Source of the DNA: Candidatus Levyibacteriota bacterium
Lineage (GTDB): Bacteria > Patescibacteriota > Microgenomatia > Levybacterales > UBA12049
Length of the DNA: 64,000 bases
Assembly (NCBI GenBank): GCA_009695045.1
Contig: SIBS01000001.1
Location: 106,942-170,941 of the forward strand
Reading direction: 5' to 3'
Shown piece by piece: positions 18,219 to 28,451 of the stretch; the first letter of the stretch is position 1; every line of letters starts with the position of its first letter. Under the pieces are notes generated by a model. It did not search any database. It was not told the origin of the DNA and saw only the letters and a list, made by a program, of their open reading frames with translations. The position numbers and the translations under genes are program-made.

Positions 18219-19064
18219 CTAAAACCATGTTTTTTTTGCTACTTCCTGATCTAGCGCATCAAGTAAATCTTTTTGCTTCTTTGTAAGATGTTTTGGTACT
18301 AGAACTTTTATTCTCACATAATGATCTCCATGAGAATTGCCTCGAAGCTTAGGCATGCCTTTTTCCCTAAGCCGAAATACTGTTTCCGGCTGAGTACCAG
18401 CTGGCATTTTTAATTTTACTTCACCATTCACAGTTACAACCTGCAATATATCCCCAAGACATGCTTTGGCAAATGTTACCTGCATTTCGGAAACAATATC
18501 TGCACCTTCGCGCTGAAATCTAGAATCAGCTCGAATATTTACAATAATATCAAAATCATTAAATCTAATTCTATTACCATCATCAACCCCTGCAGGAATT
18601 TTTATTGATTGATTTTTACCATCAATATCTACTTTTTTCTCCACACCTTTTACAGCTTCCATAAAATCTATAGTAAGCGAATAAGATTGTCGTCGCTGAC
18701 GAGAACCACCACCAAAAAATTGCTCAAAAATATCAAAAGGGTCAGAAAATCCACTAGGATCAAATCCCTGACCGGTATTGCCAGTACTATACGAAGAAGA
18801 AAATGGTCCCTGTTGTCCACCAAATGGTCCAGCGCCACCATCTTGTTCGAATGCTGCGGCACCATATTGGTCATATGTTTGTCGTTTTTGATTATCTGAA
18901 AGTATTTCGTATGCTTTTGTTACTTCTTTAAATTTTAATTCCCCCTCCTTAGTTTTATTGCGATCGGGATGATATCGAAGTGCAAGCTTTCTGTATGATT
19001 TTTTTATTTCATCTCCGGATGCGCTTTTTATAACTCCTAATGTTTTATAGTAATCTTCTGCCAT
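18219..19064 (-). CDS. DnaJ-family co-chaperone lacking the zinc-finger domain (type II / CbpA-like)
   Basis: J domain with HPD (YRKLALRYHPDRN), a G/F-rich linker and a C-terminal substrate-binding domain. No CxxCxGxG repeats. Lies downstream of dnaK. Confidence 0.8.
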   Translation of the reverse strand: MAEDYYKTLGVIKSASGDEIKKSYRKLALRYHPDRNKTKEGELKFKEVTKAYEILSDNQKRQTYDQYGAAAFEQDGGAGPFGGQQGPFSSSYSTGNTGQGFDPSGFSDPFDIFEQFFGGGSRQRRQSYSLTIDFMEAVKGVEKKVDIDGKNQSIKIPAGVDDGNRIRFNDFDIIVNIRADSRFQREGADIVSEMQVTFAKACLGDILQVVTVNGEVKLKMPAGTQPETVFRLREKGMPKLRGNSHGDHYVRIKVLVPKHLTKKQKDLLDALDQEVAKKTWF

Positions 19065-19082
19065 ATAATTTTACTCCTTTTC

Positions 19083-19107
19083 AAAATAAAACCCCGCCGT
19101 GGCGGGG
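19083..19107 (-). terminator. Intrinsic terminator-like hairpin plus T-tract between dnaK and dnaJ, on the minus strand
   Basis: Plus-strand sequence aaaataaaaccccgccgtggcgggg. On the minus strand this is a GC-rich 7-bp stem (CCCCGCC/GGCGGGG) followed by TTTTATTTT. Confidence 0.5.
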
Positions 19108-19136
19108 TAATTAAATGCCGAATGTAGATAAATTAA

Positions 19137-21062
19137 TTAATTTACCACTTCTCCCTCAACGGGTTCATCTTTATCTGATTTATCTTCTTTTTTATCAACA
19201 TTCTTCTCTTCTTCTGATTCATTTGGCTTTGATGAAGAATCAGTAGCTGTGTCCTGATCTTTATAAAGTTTTTCTCCTACTTTCTGTAAAGCATCTGATA
19301 ATTCTTTTGTTTTTGCTTCAATATCATCTTTATTATCTGAATCTAATATATCTTTGAGTGATTTTATTTTTTCTTCAATTTCTTTCTTTGTTGAATCATC
19401 TACTTTATCAGCTGAATCTTTTAATGCTTTTTCTGCCGTAAAAATAAGAGAATCTGCAGAGTTTCGTGTTTCTACTTTTAACTTTTTTTCTTCATCATCT
19501 TTTGCGTGAACCTCTGCTTCTTTTGTCATACGCTCTACTTCTTCCTTTGTAAGCCCTGTTGATCCTGTTATTTTTATACTTTGTTCTTTTCCAGTTGCTT
19601 TATCTTTTGCTTTTACACTAAGGATACCGCTAGAATCTATTTCAAAAATAACTTCTACCTGAGGAACGCCACGGGGAGATGGTGGAATACCATCTAAAAC
19701 AAATCTACCTAGCGATTTATTATCTGTTGCCATTGGTCGCTCACCCTGTAAAACATTAATCTCAACTTGTGTTTGATTATCTGCAGCAGTTGAAAAAACT
19801 TGTGATTTATCAGTTGGAATTGTTGTATTTCTAGGAATAAGTGACGTTGAGACACCACCTAATGTTTCTAAACCAAGAGTTAGAGGAGTTACATCTAGGA
19901 GTAATACATCCTTTACTTCTCCAGCAAGTACTCCTGCCTGTACTGCAGCACCAACCGCAACTACTTCATCTGGATTCACTGATTTATTTGGCTCTTTTCC
20001 AAAGAATTTAGTAACAACTTCTACTATTTTTGGCATTCGAGTCATTCCACCAACCAAAACTATTTCATCTATTTCAGATGCTTGCATTTTTGCATCTTTC
20101 AATGCCAATTTAAGTGGCTCTAATGTTTTATTAACAAGATCACCAACTAATTGCTCTAATTTTGCCCTAGTAAGAGTCATCGTGAGATGAAGTGGCCCAT
20201 CTGATCCCTGAGTAATAAATGGCTGATTAATTTGAGCCTCTTGCGAGGTGGAAAGTTCTATTTTTGCTTTCTCTCCACATTCTCTTAATCTTTGGAGCGC
20301 TTGTGGATCTTTTCGAAGATCAATATTATTTTCTTTTTTAAATTCATCAGCAAGATAATTTATGATAACTTGATCAAAATCATCTCCGCCTAAATGAGTA
20401 TCTCCATTTGTAGATTTAACTTCATAAACTACTTCTCCTGGTTCTCCTTCTCCAAGCTCTAAAATTGAAATATCGAATGTTCCACCACCGAGATCATATA
20501 CCGCAATTGTATGTGTATTTTTTTTATCTAAACCATAAGCTAAGGCAGCAGCAGTTGGTTCATTAATAATACGTAAAACTTCAAGTCCAGCAATTTCTCC
20601 TGCTTGCTTTGTTGCTTGACGCTGACTATCATCAAAATAAGCTGGGACTGCAATAACTGCTTGAGTAACAGTAGATCCAAGATAACTTTCAGCGTCTTTT
20701 TTTATTTTTTGCAAAATCATTGCTGAAAGCTCTTGAGGAGTAAAAGTTTTCCCCTCAACTCCTACCACGCTCATTCCATCTCGTCCTGATTTAATTTCAT
20801 AGGATAATAACTTTTTATCTTGCTGCACTGATGGATCATCAAATTTTCTCCCCATCAAGCGTTTTACTGAATATACTGTTTTCTTTGGCTTAAGAATAAG
20901 TTGACGCTTAGCTATATCTCCAACTACATGAGATATAGGGTCTACAACTGATGGGATAACATTTCGACCTTCTGAGGAGTGGATTACCTTTGGACTCCCA
21001 CCCTCCATAACAGCCACACATGAATTTGTTGTTCCTAAATCGATACCAATTATTTTTCCCAT
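19137..21062 (-). CDS. dnaK: Chaperone DnaK (Hsp70)
   Basis: [18 protein letters not shown] and the full nucleotide- and substrate-binding domains. Has a C-terminal acidic/K-rich tail. Confidence 0.95.
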   Translation of the reverse strand: MGKIIGIDLGTTNSCVAVMEGGSPKVIHSSEGRNVIPSVVDPISHVVGDIAKRQLILKPKKTVYSVKRLMGRKFDDPSVQQDKKLLSYEIKSGRDGMSVVGVEGKTFTPQELSAMILQKIKKDAESYLGSTVTQAVIAVPAYFDDSQRQATKQAGEIAGLEVLRIINEPTAAALAYGLDKKNTHTIAVYDLGGGTFDISILELGEGEPGEVVYEVKSTNGDTHLGGDDFDQVIINYLADEFKKENNIDLRKDPQALQRLRECGEKAKIELSTSQEAQINQPFITQGSDGPLHLTMTLTRAKLEQLVGDLVNKTLEPLKLALKDAKMQASEIDEIVLVGGMTRMPKIVEVVTKFFGKEPNKSVNPDEVVAVGAAVQAGVLAGEVKDVLLLDVTPLTLGLETLGGVSTSLIPRNTTIPTDKSQVFSTAADNQTQVEINVLQGERPMATDNKSLGRFVLDGIPPSPRGVPQVEVIFEIDSSGILSVKAKDKATGKEQSIKITGSTGLTKEEVERMTKEAEVHAKDDEEKKLKVETRNSADSLIFTAEKALKDSADKVDDSTKKEIEEKIKSLKDILDSDNKDDIEAKTKELSDALQKVGEKLYKDQDTATDSSSKPNESEEEKNVDKKEDKSDKDEPVEGEVVN

Positions 21063-21129
21063 ATATATTTAATTCTAATTATTTAATAGTTAGTTCTTTA
21101 TTATAAAACAAATCTTATTAAATAATCAA

Positions 21130-21645
21130 CTAGCTAATTATCTTTTTACCTACTTTAACATTAGATGGCCTAAGTACTTTGTCGTGTAGCATAAATCCTA
21201 GCCTCACTTCTTCGATCACTTTTCCATCATCGCCCTCTACCGTATCAACGCATTCCATTATATGTGGATCAAAATCTTTTCCCTCCACCTGCATCCTTAT
21301 TGCTCCCTCATCTTTTAAGACATCAAGAAATTGCTGTATACTTAATTTTAAGCCTTGATTATCTACATGTTTATTTGCCATTTGCAATGTATCAAGTATT
21401 GGTAAGAGGCTAAGCATGAGCACCTTGTTTCCAGACCTTATCCACTCAATTCGCTCTTCTCGCATTCTTTTTTCTAAATTTTGATAATCAGCTAAAGCTC
21501 TTTTATATAAATTCTCAGATAAAATTGTTTTTTCCATACATTCTTCTAATTCTTTATTTTTATTTTCTACCTGAAGATCATTCACGTCAATAGGCATAAG
21601 CGTATCCTCTAATTCCATCATATTCTTATCTTTTTTCTTATTCAT
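21130..21645 (-). CDS. grpE: Nucleotide exchange factor GrpE
   Basis: Coiled-coil N-terminal region plus a C-terminal beta domain. Position is hrcA-grpE-dnaK. Confidence 0.8.
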   Translation of the reverse strand: MNKKKDKNMMELEDTLMPIDVNDLQVENKNKELEECMEKTILSENLYKRALADYQNLEKRMREERIEWIRSGNKVLMLSLLPILDTLQMANKHVDNQGLKLSIQQFLDVLKDEGAIRMQVEGKDFDPHIMECVDTVEGDDGKVIEEVRLGFMLHDKVLRPSNVKVGKKIIS

Positions 21646-21666
21646 ATTAATAGATAACTCTTATTA

Positions 21667-22398
21667 TTACCATCCATCTGGCATGTCTCCTGCCAAATTA
21701 CTATAGTAGCGAACTATTGGAATAATCTGCATATAATTAAGTCTCTCTGGACCCAATATGCCAATATCTCCAGACATATTTCCTTTTGTTTTAAAATCAG
21801 TAAATACAACTCCATAGGGCCCTTTTAATAATGGCCCTAGGTCTTCTCCTAGGCAAACATGAACTCCTTCTTCTTCAAATTTTTGCTGAAAGACTGATTT
21901 AAAGCAGTCATATTCATCAATCACTGAAAGTAGTGTCTTTGTAATATCTATGTCATAGAACTCTGGCATATCTAAAATATTAGCATATCCAGCAGCAAAT
22001 AAATCTCCTTCATCAGTGGTAACAATTGCGATCGCCTTAGTCTTTTCCGCCAAAGAACGTGCTATTTCACGAAAAAATCTTTGATCATTTAATCTAAAAT
22101 CCCATAAACCTTCTTTTACCGCCACCTCTTCTGCAACAGATAATTCTTTTTCCTTCATTAATTGCTTAACATAGAATCTCATCCCCTTTGGTGTTGGCAT
22201 GCGACCAGCTGAAGCATGCAGCTTTCTCAGATAGCCTAATTTAGTAAGATGAACCATGTCGTTCCTAATTGTCGCAGGCGATGCGCTAAGATTATGTTTT
22301 TTTTCAAGCGTATCGGATCCAACTGGCTCAGCTGACTCTATATATTCCTCTATAAGACTTTTGAGAATTTCAATTTGCCTCTGAGTAAGATCATGCAT
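21667..22398 (-). CDS. hrcA: Heat-inducible transcription repressor HrcA
   Basis: N-terminal winged helix (LTQRQIEILKSLIEEYIESAEPVGS). A CIRCE palindrome lies immediately upstream. Conserved operon context. Confidence 0.85.
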   Translation of the reverse strand: MHDLTQRQIEILKSLIEEYIESAEPVGSDTLEKKHNLSASPATIRNDMVHLTKLGYLRKLHASAGRMPTPKGMRFYVKQLMKEKELSVAEEVAVKEGLWDFRLNDQRFFREIARSLAEKTKAIAIVTTDEGDLFAAGYANILDMPEFYDIDITKTLLSVIDEYDCFKSVFQQKFEEEGVHVCLGEDLGPLLKGPYGVVFTDFKTKGNMSGDIGILGPERLNYMQIIPIVRYYSNLAGDMPDGW

Positions 22399-22410
22399 AT
22401 AAATATATAG

Positions 22411-22437
22411 TTAGCACTAATATATCATGAGTGCCAA
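22411..22437. promoter_or_regulatory. CIRCE operator (HrcA binding site)
   Basis: TTAGCACTA-N9-GAGTGCCAA against the consensus TTAGCACTC-N9-GAGTGCTAA. It is 13 nt upstream of the hrcA start. Confidence 0.7.
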
Positions 22438-22440
22438 AGC

Positions 22441-22833
22441 TTGTCAACAGTAAGCATATTTATCAATGTCGATTTACTATGCTACAATTTTAAAATGAAA
22501 AACAAAAAAAGATATTATTTTTTTCTAAGCAGCATTTTATCTTTAGTATTATTACTACTTTTAATATTTTTCCATACACCAGATTCTTCATTTTATTTCA
22601 ATAAGGTAAATTTTTATCTCCCTACTGAATTTTGCTTCTTTATTTTAAGCTTTATATTTGTTTTATGTTTTTCAACATCTATACTTCTTTTTGTAAGGCG
22701 TGGTGTTGTTTGGGGAATTTTTTCAACCATGTCTCTTTTTCTACTTATGGAACGTCTTTATCATCCATTATTTTTTATTCTATTATTTATATTATCTCTA
22801 ATAATTGATGGGCTCATAAAAAAACCAGAATAA
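22441..22833 (+). CDS. Hypothetical small polytopic membrane protein (uncertain ORF)
   Basis: 130 aa, very hydrophobic, with no recognisable motifs. Occupies the hrcA-metG intergenic region. Could be spurious in AT-rich DNA. Confidence 0.2.
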   Translation: MSTVSIFINVDLLCYNFKMKNKKRYYFFLSSILSLVLLLLLIFFHTPDSSFYFNKVNFYLPTEFCFFILSFIFVLCFSTSILLFVRRGVVWGIFSTMSLFLLMERLYHPLFFILLFILSLIIDGLIKKPE

Positions 22834-22882
22834 AAATCGCCTTAAGTTGTAAGAAGAGCTTAACTCTGATAAAATCATCTTC

Positions 22883-24295
22883 ATGAGTAAATATTTAATT
22901 ACAAGTGCTATTCCATATGTTAATGCTAAACCACATATTGGCTGGGCACTCGAAATTATTCAAGCAGATACTATTGCTAGATATCAAAGATTAATTGGCA
23001 ATGAAGTATTCTATCTATGTGGGTCCGATGAAAATTCACTCAAAAATGTTCAAGCAGCAGAGCAATCTGGGGAAACAATAAAAAAATTCATAGATGAAAA
23101 TGCAAAAATATTTGAAGAGGTTGCAAGAGAACTAAGTATCGTATTTGATGTATTTCAAAAAGGAAGTAATCCCAATCACTACTTATCATCTCAAAAACTA
23201 TGGCAACTTTGCCAAGAAAATGGAGATATCTATAAAAAATCATATACTGGTTTGTATTGTGTTGGGTGTGAATTATTTTACGAAAAAGAAGAACTTGATA
23301 AAAATGGTGAGTGCCTTGAGCATCCAGGTAAAATAATTGAAGAGATTAGCGAAGAAAATTATTTTTTTGCTCTATCTAAATATCAAGATAAAATCCTTAA
23401 CTTGATTGAATCAGAAAAATTAAAAATTATACCAGATGAAAGAAAAAACGAAGCACTTTCTTTTATAAAGCAAGGGTTAAAAGACATTAGTATTTCTAGA
23501 TCAAATGCCAGAGCAAAAAATTGGGGAGTAACTGTACCAGGAGATGAAACACAAAAAATGTATGTATGGTTTGATGCTTTAAATATTTATCAATCAGGTA
23601 TTGGATTTGGATTTAATCATGAACTTTATAAAAAATGGTGGCCAGCAGACCTGCATGCCATAGGCAAAGGCATTCTTCGCTTTCATGCAATTTACTGGCC
23701 AGCTTTTCTACTTTCAGCAAAACTTTCCCTTCCAAAAAAACTTTTTGTACATGAATATATTACTATTAATGGTCAAAAAATGAGTAAATCACTTGGAAAT
23801 ATTATCAATCCACTAGATTTAATTAAAAAATATGGTTCAGATTCTATTCGCTATTATTTTCTAAGATATATTTCACCATTTTCAGATGGAGATTTTTCAG
23901 AAGAAAAACTTAAAGAAACTTATAATGCAGATCTAGCAAACGGATTAGGCAATCTAGTATCTAGGGTCGCTAAGCTTTGTGAAAATAACAACTTAATCGC
24001 TCCAGTAATATCGTCTAATGATATTATAATTGAAAAAGATTTAGATGAATTCCACTTTAATGCCGTACTAGAAGATATTTGGCAGGATATTAAAAAAATT
24101 GATATTCAAATAAATATTGACAAACCATGGAAACTCTCTCAAGAAGATGTATTAATAAAATTACAAAAATACATAAAAGATATTATCCATATCGCATCTA
24201 GATTACGACCATTCTTACCAGAAACTGCAGAAAAAATACAAGAACAATTCCAAAATAAAATAAAGGCAACAATCCCTCTCTTTCCTCGCTTATAA
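22883..24295 (+). CDS. metG: Methionyl-tRNA synthetase, core enzyme without the C-terminal appended domain
   Basis: HIGH-type motif (KPHIGWA), zinc knuckle (CVGCELF...C..HPG) and KMSKS. Length 470 aa. Confidence 0.9.
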   Translation: MSKYLITSAIPYVNAKPHIGWALEIIQADTIARYQRLIGNEVFYLCGSDENSLKNVQAAEQSGETIKKFIDENAKIFEEVARELSIVFDVFQKGSNPNHYLSSQKLWQLCQENGDIYKKSYTGLYCVGCELFYEKEELDKNGECLEHPGKIIEEISEENYFFALSKYQDKILNLIESEKLKIIPDERKNEALSFIKQGLKDISISRSNARAKNWGVTVPGDETQKMYVWFDALNIYQSGIGFGFNHELYKKWWPADLHAIGKGILRFHAIYWPAFLLSAKLSLPKKLFVHEYITINGQKMSKSLGNIINPLDLIKKYGSDSIRYYFLRYISPFSDGDFSEEKLKETYNADLANGLGNLVSRVAKLCENNNLIAPVISSNDIIIEKDLDEFHFNAVLEDIWQDIKKIDIQINIDKPWKLSQEDVLIKLQKYIKDIIHIASRLRPFLPETAEKIQEQFQNKIKATIPLFPRL

Positions 24296-24321
24296 AATTA
24301 GGATTATGTCATAATATATCT

Positions 24322-25125
24322 ATGATCGATGTGCATTGTCATTTAAATTTTAAATCGTTTATCGATGACTATGATGATGTCATAAGAGAGGCAATTGAAG
24401 CAGGAATTACACATATTATTAATGTAGGAACAAAAATAGAATCAAGTAAAAAAGCTATTGATCTTGCATTGAAGTACGATAACTTATATGCAATTGTTGG
24501 TATACATCCTCATCATGCTGATAAATTAGAGCTTGAAACTAATTGGCTGGAGCAATTAAATGATTTAGCTACAAAACCTAAAGTAATAGCGATTGGTGAA
24601 ATAGGATTGGATTATTTTCCCTATAAATCAAATGGTATCGTTGATAAAATTCTTCAAAAAGAGGTATTTGAAAAGCAAATTGAAATTGCCTTCAAGTATA
24701 GGCTGCCACTACAAATTCACAACAGGCATGCAAGCAATGATATTTTAGAAATATTGAATTACTATAAAACATCGCTTCAGCCAATTCCAGGCATGTTTCA
24801 TTGCTTTTCTGGAAATAAAGACTTTCTTACCAAGGTATTAGATCTTGGTTTCTATATTGGTTTTGATGGCAATATAACATATGATGGTATTGCTCCGGGA
24901 GAAACTACAATGCTCTCAGATTTAGTAAAAAATGCGCCGCTTGACAGAATTTTACTTGAAACAGATAGTCCATATCTATCTCCAGAGCCTCATCGTGGTA
25001 GCAGGAATAAACCATGTTATGCTATACTTATAGCAGAGTTCATAGCAAAACTGAAGGGTATTTCACTAGAGATGGTCAAGAATCAAACAATAAAAAATAC
25101 TCATATATTATTTAATCTGAAATAA
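24322..25125 (+). CDS. tatD: TatD-family metal-dependent DNase/hydrolase
   Basis: MIDVHCHL N-terminus, a conserved His/Asp/Glu metal-binding pattern and a TIM-barrel hydrolase length of 267 aa. Confidence 0.85.
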   Translation: MIDVHCHLNFKSFIDDYDDVIREAIEAGITHIINVGTKIESSKKAIDLALKYDNLYAIVGIHPHHADKLELETNWLEQLNDLATKPKVIAIGEIGLDYFPYKSNGIVDKILQKEVFEKQIEIAFKYRLPLQIHNRHASNDILEILNYYKTSLQPIPGMFHCFSGNKDFLTKVLDLGFYIGFDGNITYDGIAPGETTMLSDLVKNAPLDRILLETDSPYLSPEPHRGSRNKPCYAILIAEFIAKLKGISLEMVKNQTIKNTHILFNLK

Positions 25126-25136
25126 GCGCTAATCTT

Positions 25137-26630
25137 ATGACACCTTTTTTTCAAACTATTTTTACTCGATACCCAATAAAAACCCGCCGAATCCTTGAAA
25201 TATTTCCAGGATTTATCTCTTGGAGCCTTATATTTTTTCCTGTCTGGGGATCCATTCTTATTCCACAGGTTGTTGCTTATTCTATACTTTTTTTTGATAT
25301 TTATTGGATGTATAGATCGTTCTCACTTGTTATCACAGCCTATGCTGCATCTATAAAAATAAAGAAGGCAGAATCAATCAACTGGTTAAGTAAAGTAAAA
25401 ACTCTTGAAAATAATAAAAAAGTAACCCATATAGTTATTATTCCAAATTATAAAGAAAGCGTTTTGAAGCTAATTGAAACAGTTACGTCTATGGCAACCC
25501 AGACTCTTTCCGCAAAGCAAATTTACGTAGTCCTTGCAATGGAAGATCGAGAAGAGGGAGCAAGGGAAAAAGCAAAAACTATCGTAAAACATTTTAATGG
25601 AGTATTTGGTGGAATTATTTCAGCTTATCATCCAGATATAGAAGGAGAGGTTAAGGGAAAATCATCAAATGAAGCATATGCATCTAAATTAGCATATAAA
25701 AATCTTGTTGACTCAAAAATTATCGATATTAATTTTGCCACAGTCTCATCCGTTGATGCTGATTCTATTTTTGATCCACAATTCTTTGCATACCTATCTC
25801 ACTCATTTCTTACAGATAAAAATAGATACAATAAATTTTGGCAATCAGCAAATGTAAATTATAATAATTTCTGGTCAGTTCCTGCGCCAGTTCGTGCATT
25901 CGCTTTTTTTAGCAGCCTATGGAGAACAGGCTTACTCATTCAAAAAGATAGATTAATTACAAATTCAACATATTCACTATCATTTAAAATGTTGGCAGAT
26001 ATTGGGTTTTGGGATGTAGATGTTATACCAGAAGATTATCGCATATTTTTTAAGGCTTTCTATAAATTAGGTGGACAAGCATGGGTAGAGCCAATTTTTC
26101 TTAAAACATCTATGGACGCGCCACTCTCTACAACATATATTCGGACTTTAAAAAATAAATATGACCAAGAAAGAAGATGGTCTTGGGGAGTTTCAGATGA
26201 TCAATTATTCATAAAATGGTGGCTTACTGTACCAAATATTCCATTTGTAAGAAAAACTAGTATACTTTATCACGTATTAGTTGATCATTTTCTTTGGCCA
26301 GTAAACTGGTTCATTCTAACAATTGCAGCAAATATTATGCCTATCGTTAATCCAGTTTTTTCCCGTACAACTCTTGGCTATAATCTTCCAAAATTAGCAG
26401 GTGTTATTCTCACGTTTTGTCTCCTTGCATTAGTTGCCATGATTATCATTGATGTTCGTAATCGACCAAAGGATAAATCTTTATCTAAAGTAAGACAATT
26501 CTTATTTCCTCTTGAATTTATGTTAATGCCAGTAATTGGATTTTTTCTCTCAGCATTACCTGCGCTTATTTCTCACACCCAACTTATGCTCGGCAAGCGG
26601 CTGGAATATAAAGTGACAGAAAAAGTATGA
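25137..26630 (+). CDS. Membrane-embedded processive family-2 glycosyltransferase (cellulose/chitin-synthase-like fold)
   Basis: N-terminal TMs. GT-A region with IIPNYKES, a DxD-type motif (VDADS) and a QxxRW motif (QERRW), followed by about 4 C-terminal TMs. Confidence 0.65.
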   Translation: MTPFFQTIFTRYPIKTRRILEIFPGFISWSLIFFPVWGSILIPQVVAYSILFFDIYWMYRSFSLVITAYAASIKIKKAESINWLSKVKTLENNKKVTHIVIIPNYKESVLKLIETVTSMATQTLSAKQIYVVLAMEDREEGAREKAKTIVKHFNGVFGGIISAYHPDIEGEVKGKSSNEAYASKLAYKNLVDSKIIDINFATVSSVDADSIFDPQFFAYLSHSFLTDKNRYNKFWQSANVNYNNFWSVPAPVRAFAFFSSLWRTGLLIQKDRLITNSTYSLSFKMLADIGFWDVDVIPEDYRIFFKAFYKLGGQAWVEPIFLKTSMDAPLSTTYIRTLKNKYDQERRWSWGVSDDQLFIKWWLTVPNIPFVRKTSILYHVLVDHFLWPVNWFILTIAANIMPIVNPVFSRTTLGYNLPKLAGVILTFCLLALVAMIIIDVRNRPKDKSLSKVRQFLFPLEFMLMPVIGFFLSALPALISHTQLMLGKRLEYKVTEKV

Positions 26631-28114
26631 AAATACTCTCAAATATTGAAAAGAACAAAAACTATTGGATACTATTGTTTATAATCATATTCTTCATTAT
26701 TCTTCGTGCCCCATCTCTAGTTGAGCCAATATGGTATGGAGACGAGGGAATATATCAAGTGATTGGATCCGCGATGTATGAAGGCAGACAGCTCTATAAA
26801 GAAATCTGGGACAATAAGCCTCCACTACTCTATATTACCTATGCAATTTTTAATGGAAGTCAATTTGCAACTCGTAGTGCGTCGCTTCTTTTTGGAGTGG
26901 GAGCAGTTATTTCTTTCTTCTTATTAGCTCAGACGTTATTTCAACAAATAAAACATGGCATAAAATATATTCCCTTACTTTCAACATGTATATTTGCATT
27001 TCTTTTTGGAATACCTCTTATCGAAGGCAATATTGCAAATGCAGAAAATTTTATGCTTTTTCCAATTATTACAGCAGCTCTGTTAATAAATGACACTGAT
27101 ATATTTAAAAAACCAAAAAAACTTGCGTTTGCTGGATTACTATTGGGAATAAGCATGCTCTATAAAGTTGTTGCGATTTTTGATTTTACAGCTTTTTTTA
27201 TATTTCTATTTTTCTTCAAAGAACAAAGGAGAATATTTTCTACAATTATAAAAATTGCTCCTTTTGTTATTGGACTTGTCATACCTATATTATTTGCATT
27301 TTTATATTTCCTTACCACCGGAACATTTTTAGATTTTTATCATGCATCCTTCACGCAAATGGCTAGCTATGTTCAGTATGGAAATTCACAAGTAGTTCGA
27401 CAAGGTTTTCTTATAATAAAATTGGTCATTCTTGGATCTTTTCTAATTGGACTATTTATAAAACGTCATAAATTCTCATTAACATCATTATTTATATTTA
27501 TTTGGTTAATATTTTCTCTATTTAATGCTTTTTTTGCACAACGTCCATACACTCATTATATGCTAGTCTTACTTCCATCCTTTATTCTATATTCTTCTTT
27601 ATTATTTCAAAGAAATACCACTATGCCTACAAATATCATGCTAATTATTCAAAAAATACAAATTACTATTTGGATTTTAATCCTATATCTAGTCACATCA
27701 AACTTTAATTTCTATAATAAAACAGCTTCTTATTACCAAAATTTTATATCATTTATATTTTTTAATAAAAGCGTCCCAGATTACCAAAAATTTTTCGACA
27801 GAAATACACCTAGAGATTACGAGCTTGCGCAATTTACAAAATCGCATTTAAAACCAAAGGATACGCTATTTATTTGGGGAAATAATGCTCAAGTCTATAA
27901 ACTCACAGGCATACTTCCACTTGGCAGATTTACTGTTAAATATCATATGAAAGCAAATAAACAGACGATGAAGGAAACTGAACAAATTATTATAATTAAA
28001 AAGCCAACTCTTATTATCATCACATCCCAAGAAGACTCTTTTCCATTTGCATTAACAAACTATACTCAGAAATTTAATATAAAAGGAAGCCTAATATATG
28101 AAAGACTTTTTTAA
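26627..28114 (+). CDS. GT-C fold membrane glycosyltransferase (PMT/ArnT-like, GT39/GT83-type)
   Basis: About 11 predicted TM helices. First extracytoplasmic loop carries an acidic DE motif (EPIWYGDEGIY). C-terminal soluble region. The 4-nt overlap suggests coupling with the upstream GT2. Confidence 0.5.
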   Translation: MKILSNIEKNKNYWILLFIIIFFIILRAPSLVEPIWYGDEGIYQVIGSAMYEGRQLYKEIWDNKPPLLYITYAIFNGSQFATRSASLLFGVGAVISFFLLAQTLFQQIKHGIKYIPLLSTCIFAFLFGIPLIEGNIANAENFMLFPIITAALLINDTDIFKKPKKLAFAGLLLGISMLYKVVAIFDFTAFFIFLFFFKEQRRIFSTIIKIAPFVIGLVIPILFAFLYFLTTGTFLDFYHASFTQMASYVQYGNSQVVRQGFLIIKLVILGSFLIGLFIKRHKFSLTSLFIFIWLIFSLFNAFFAQRPYTHYMLVLLPSFILYSSLLFQRNTTMPTNIMLIIQKIQITIWILILYLVTSNFNFYNKTASYYQNFISFIFFNKSVPDYQKFFDRNTPRDYELAQFTKSHLKPKDTLFIWGNNAQVYKLTGILPLGRFTVKYHMKANKQTMKETEQIIIIKKPTLIIITSQEDSFPFALTNYTQKFNIKGSLIYERLF

Positions 28115-28451
28115 AAAAATTAAATCTGATCGTATAATTTCTGCCTATGCGCAAATAAGTACTATTTTAACTATAATAACTATTTCCTATACTACATTCT
28201 TTTATAATAGACTTCCCCCACTGCTTCCCCTATTCAATCAGTTGCCTTGGGGTGATGCTCGGATAGGAAATAAATATCAATTATTTATTCCGGTAATAAT
28301 TTCTTTAATTATTTTTTTACTTAATAGCATTATTGCAATTATATATTATGAAAAAACACCTCTACTTTCTCGTATGTTAATTTTTACTGTTTTTATTATA
28401 TGTTTTTTAGTTTTACTTTTTACCATTCGAACTATCCATCTAGTAATATAA
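28098..28451 (+). CDS. Small 3-TM membrane protein of unknown function
   Basis: 117 aa, hydrophobic, nested between the GT-C and WecA-like genes. Confidence 0.3.
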   Translation: MKDFFKKIKSDRIISAYAQISTILTIITISYTTFFYNRLPPLLPLFNQLPWGDARIGNKYQLFIPVIISLIIFLLNSIIAIIYYEKTPLLSRMLIFTVFIICFLVLLFTIRTIHLVI

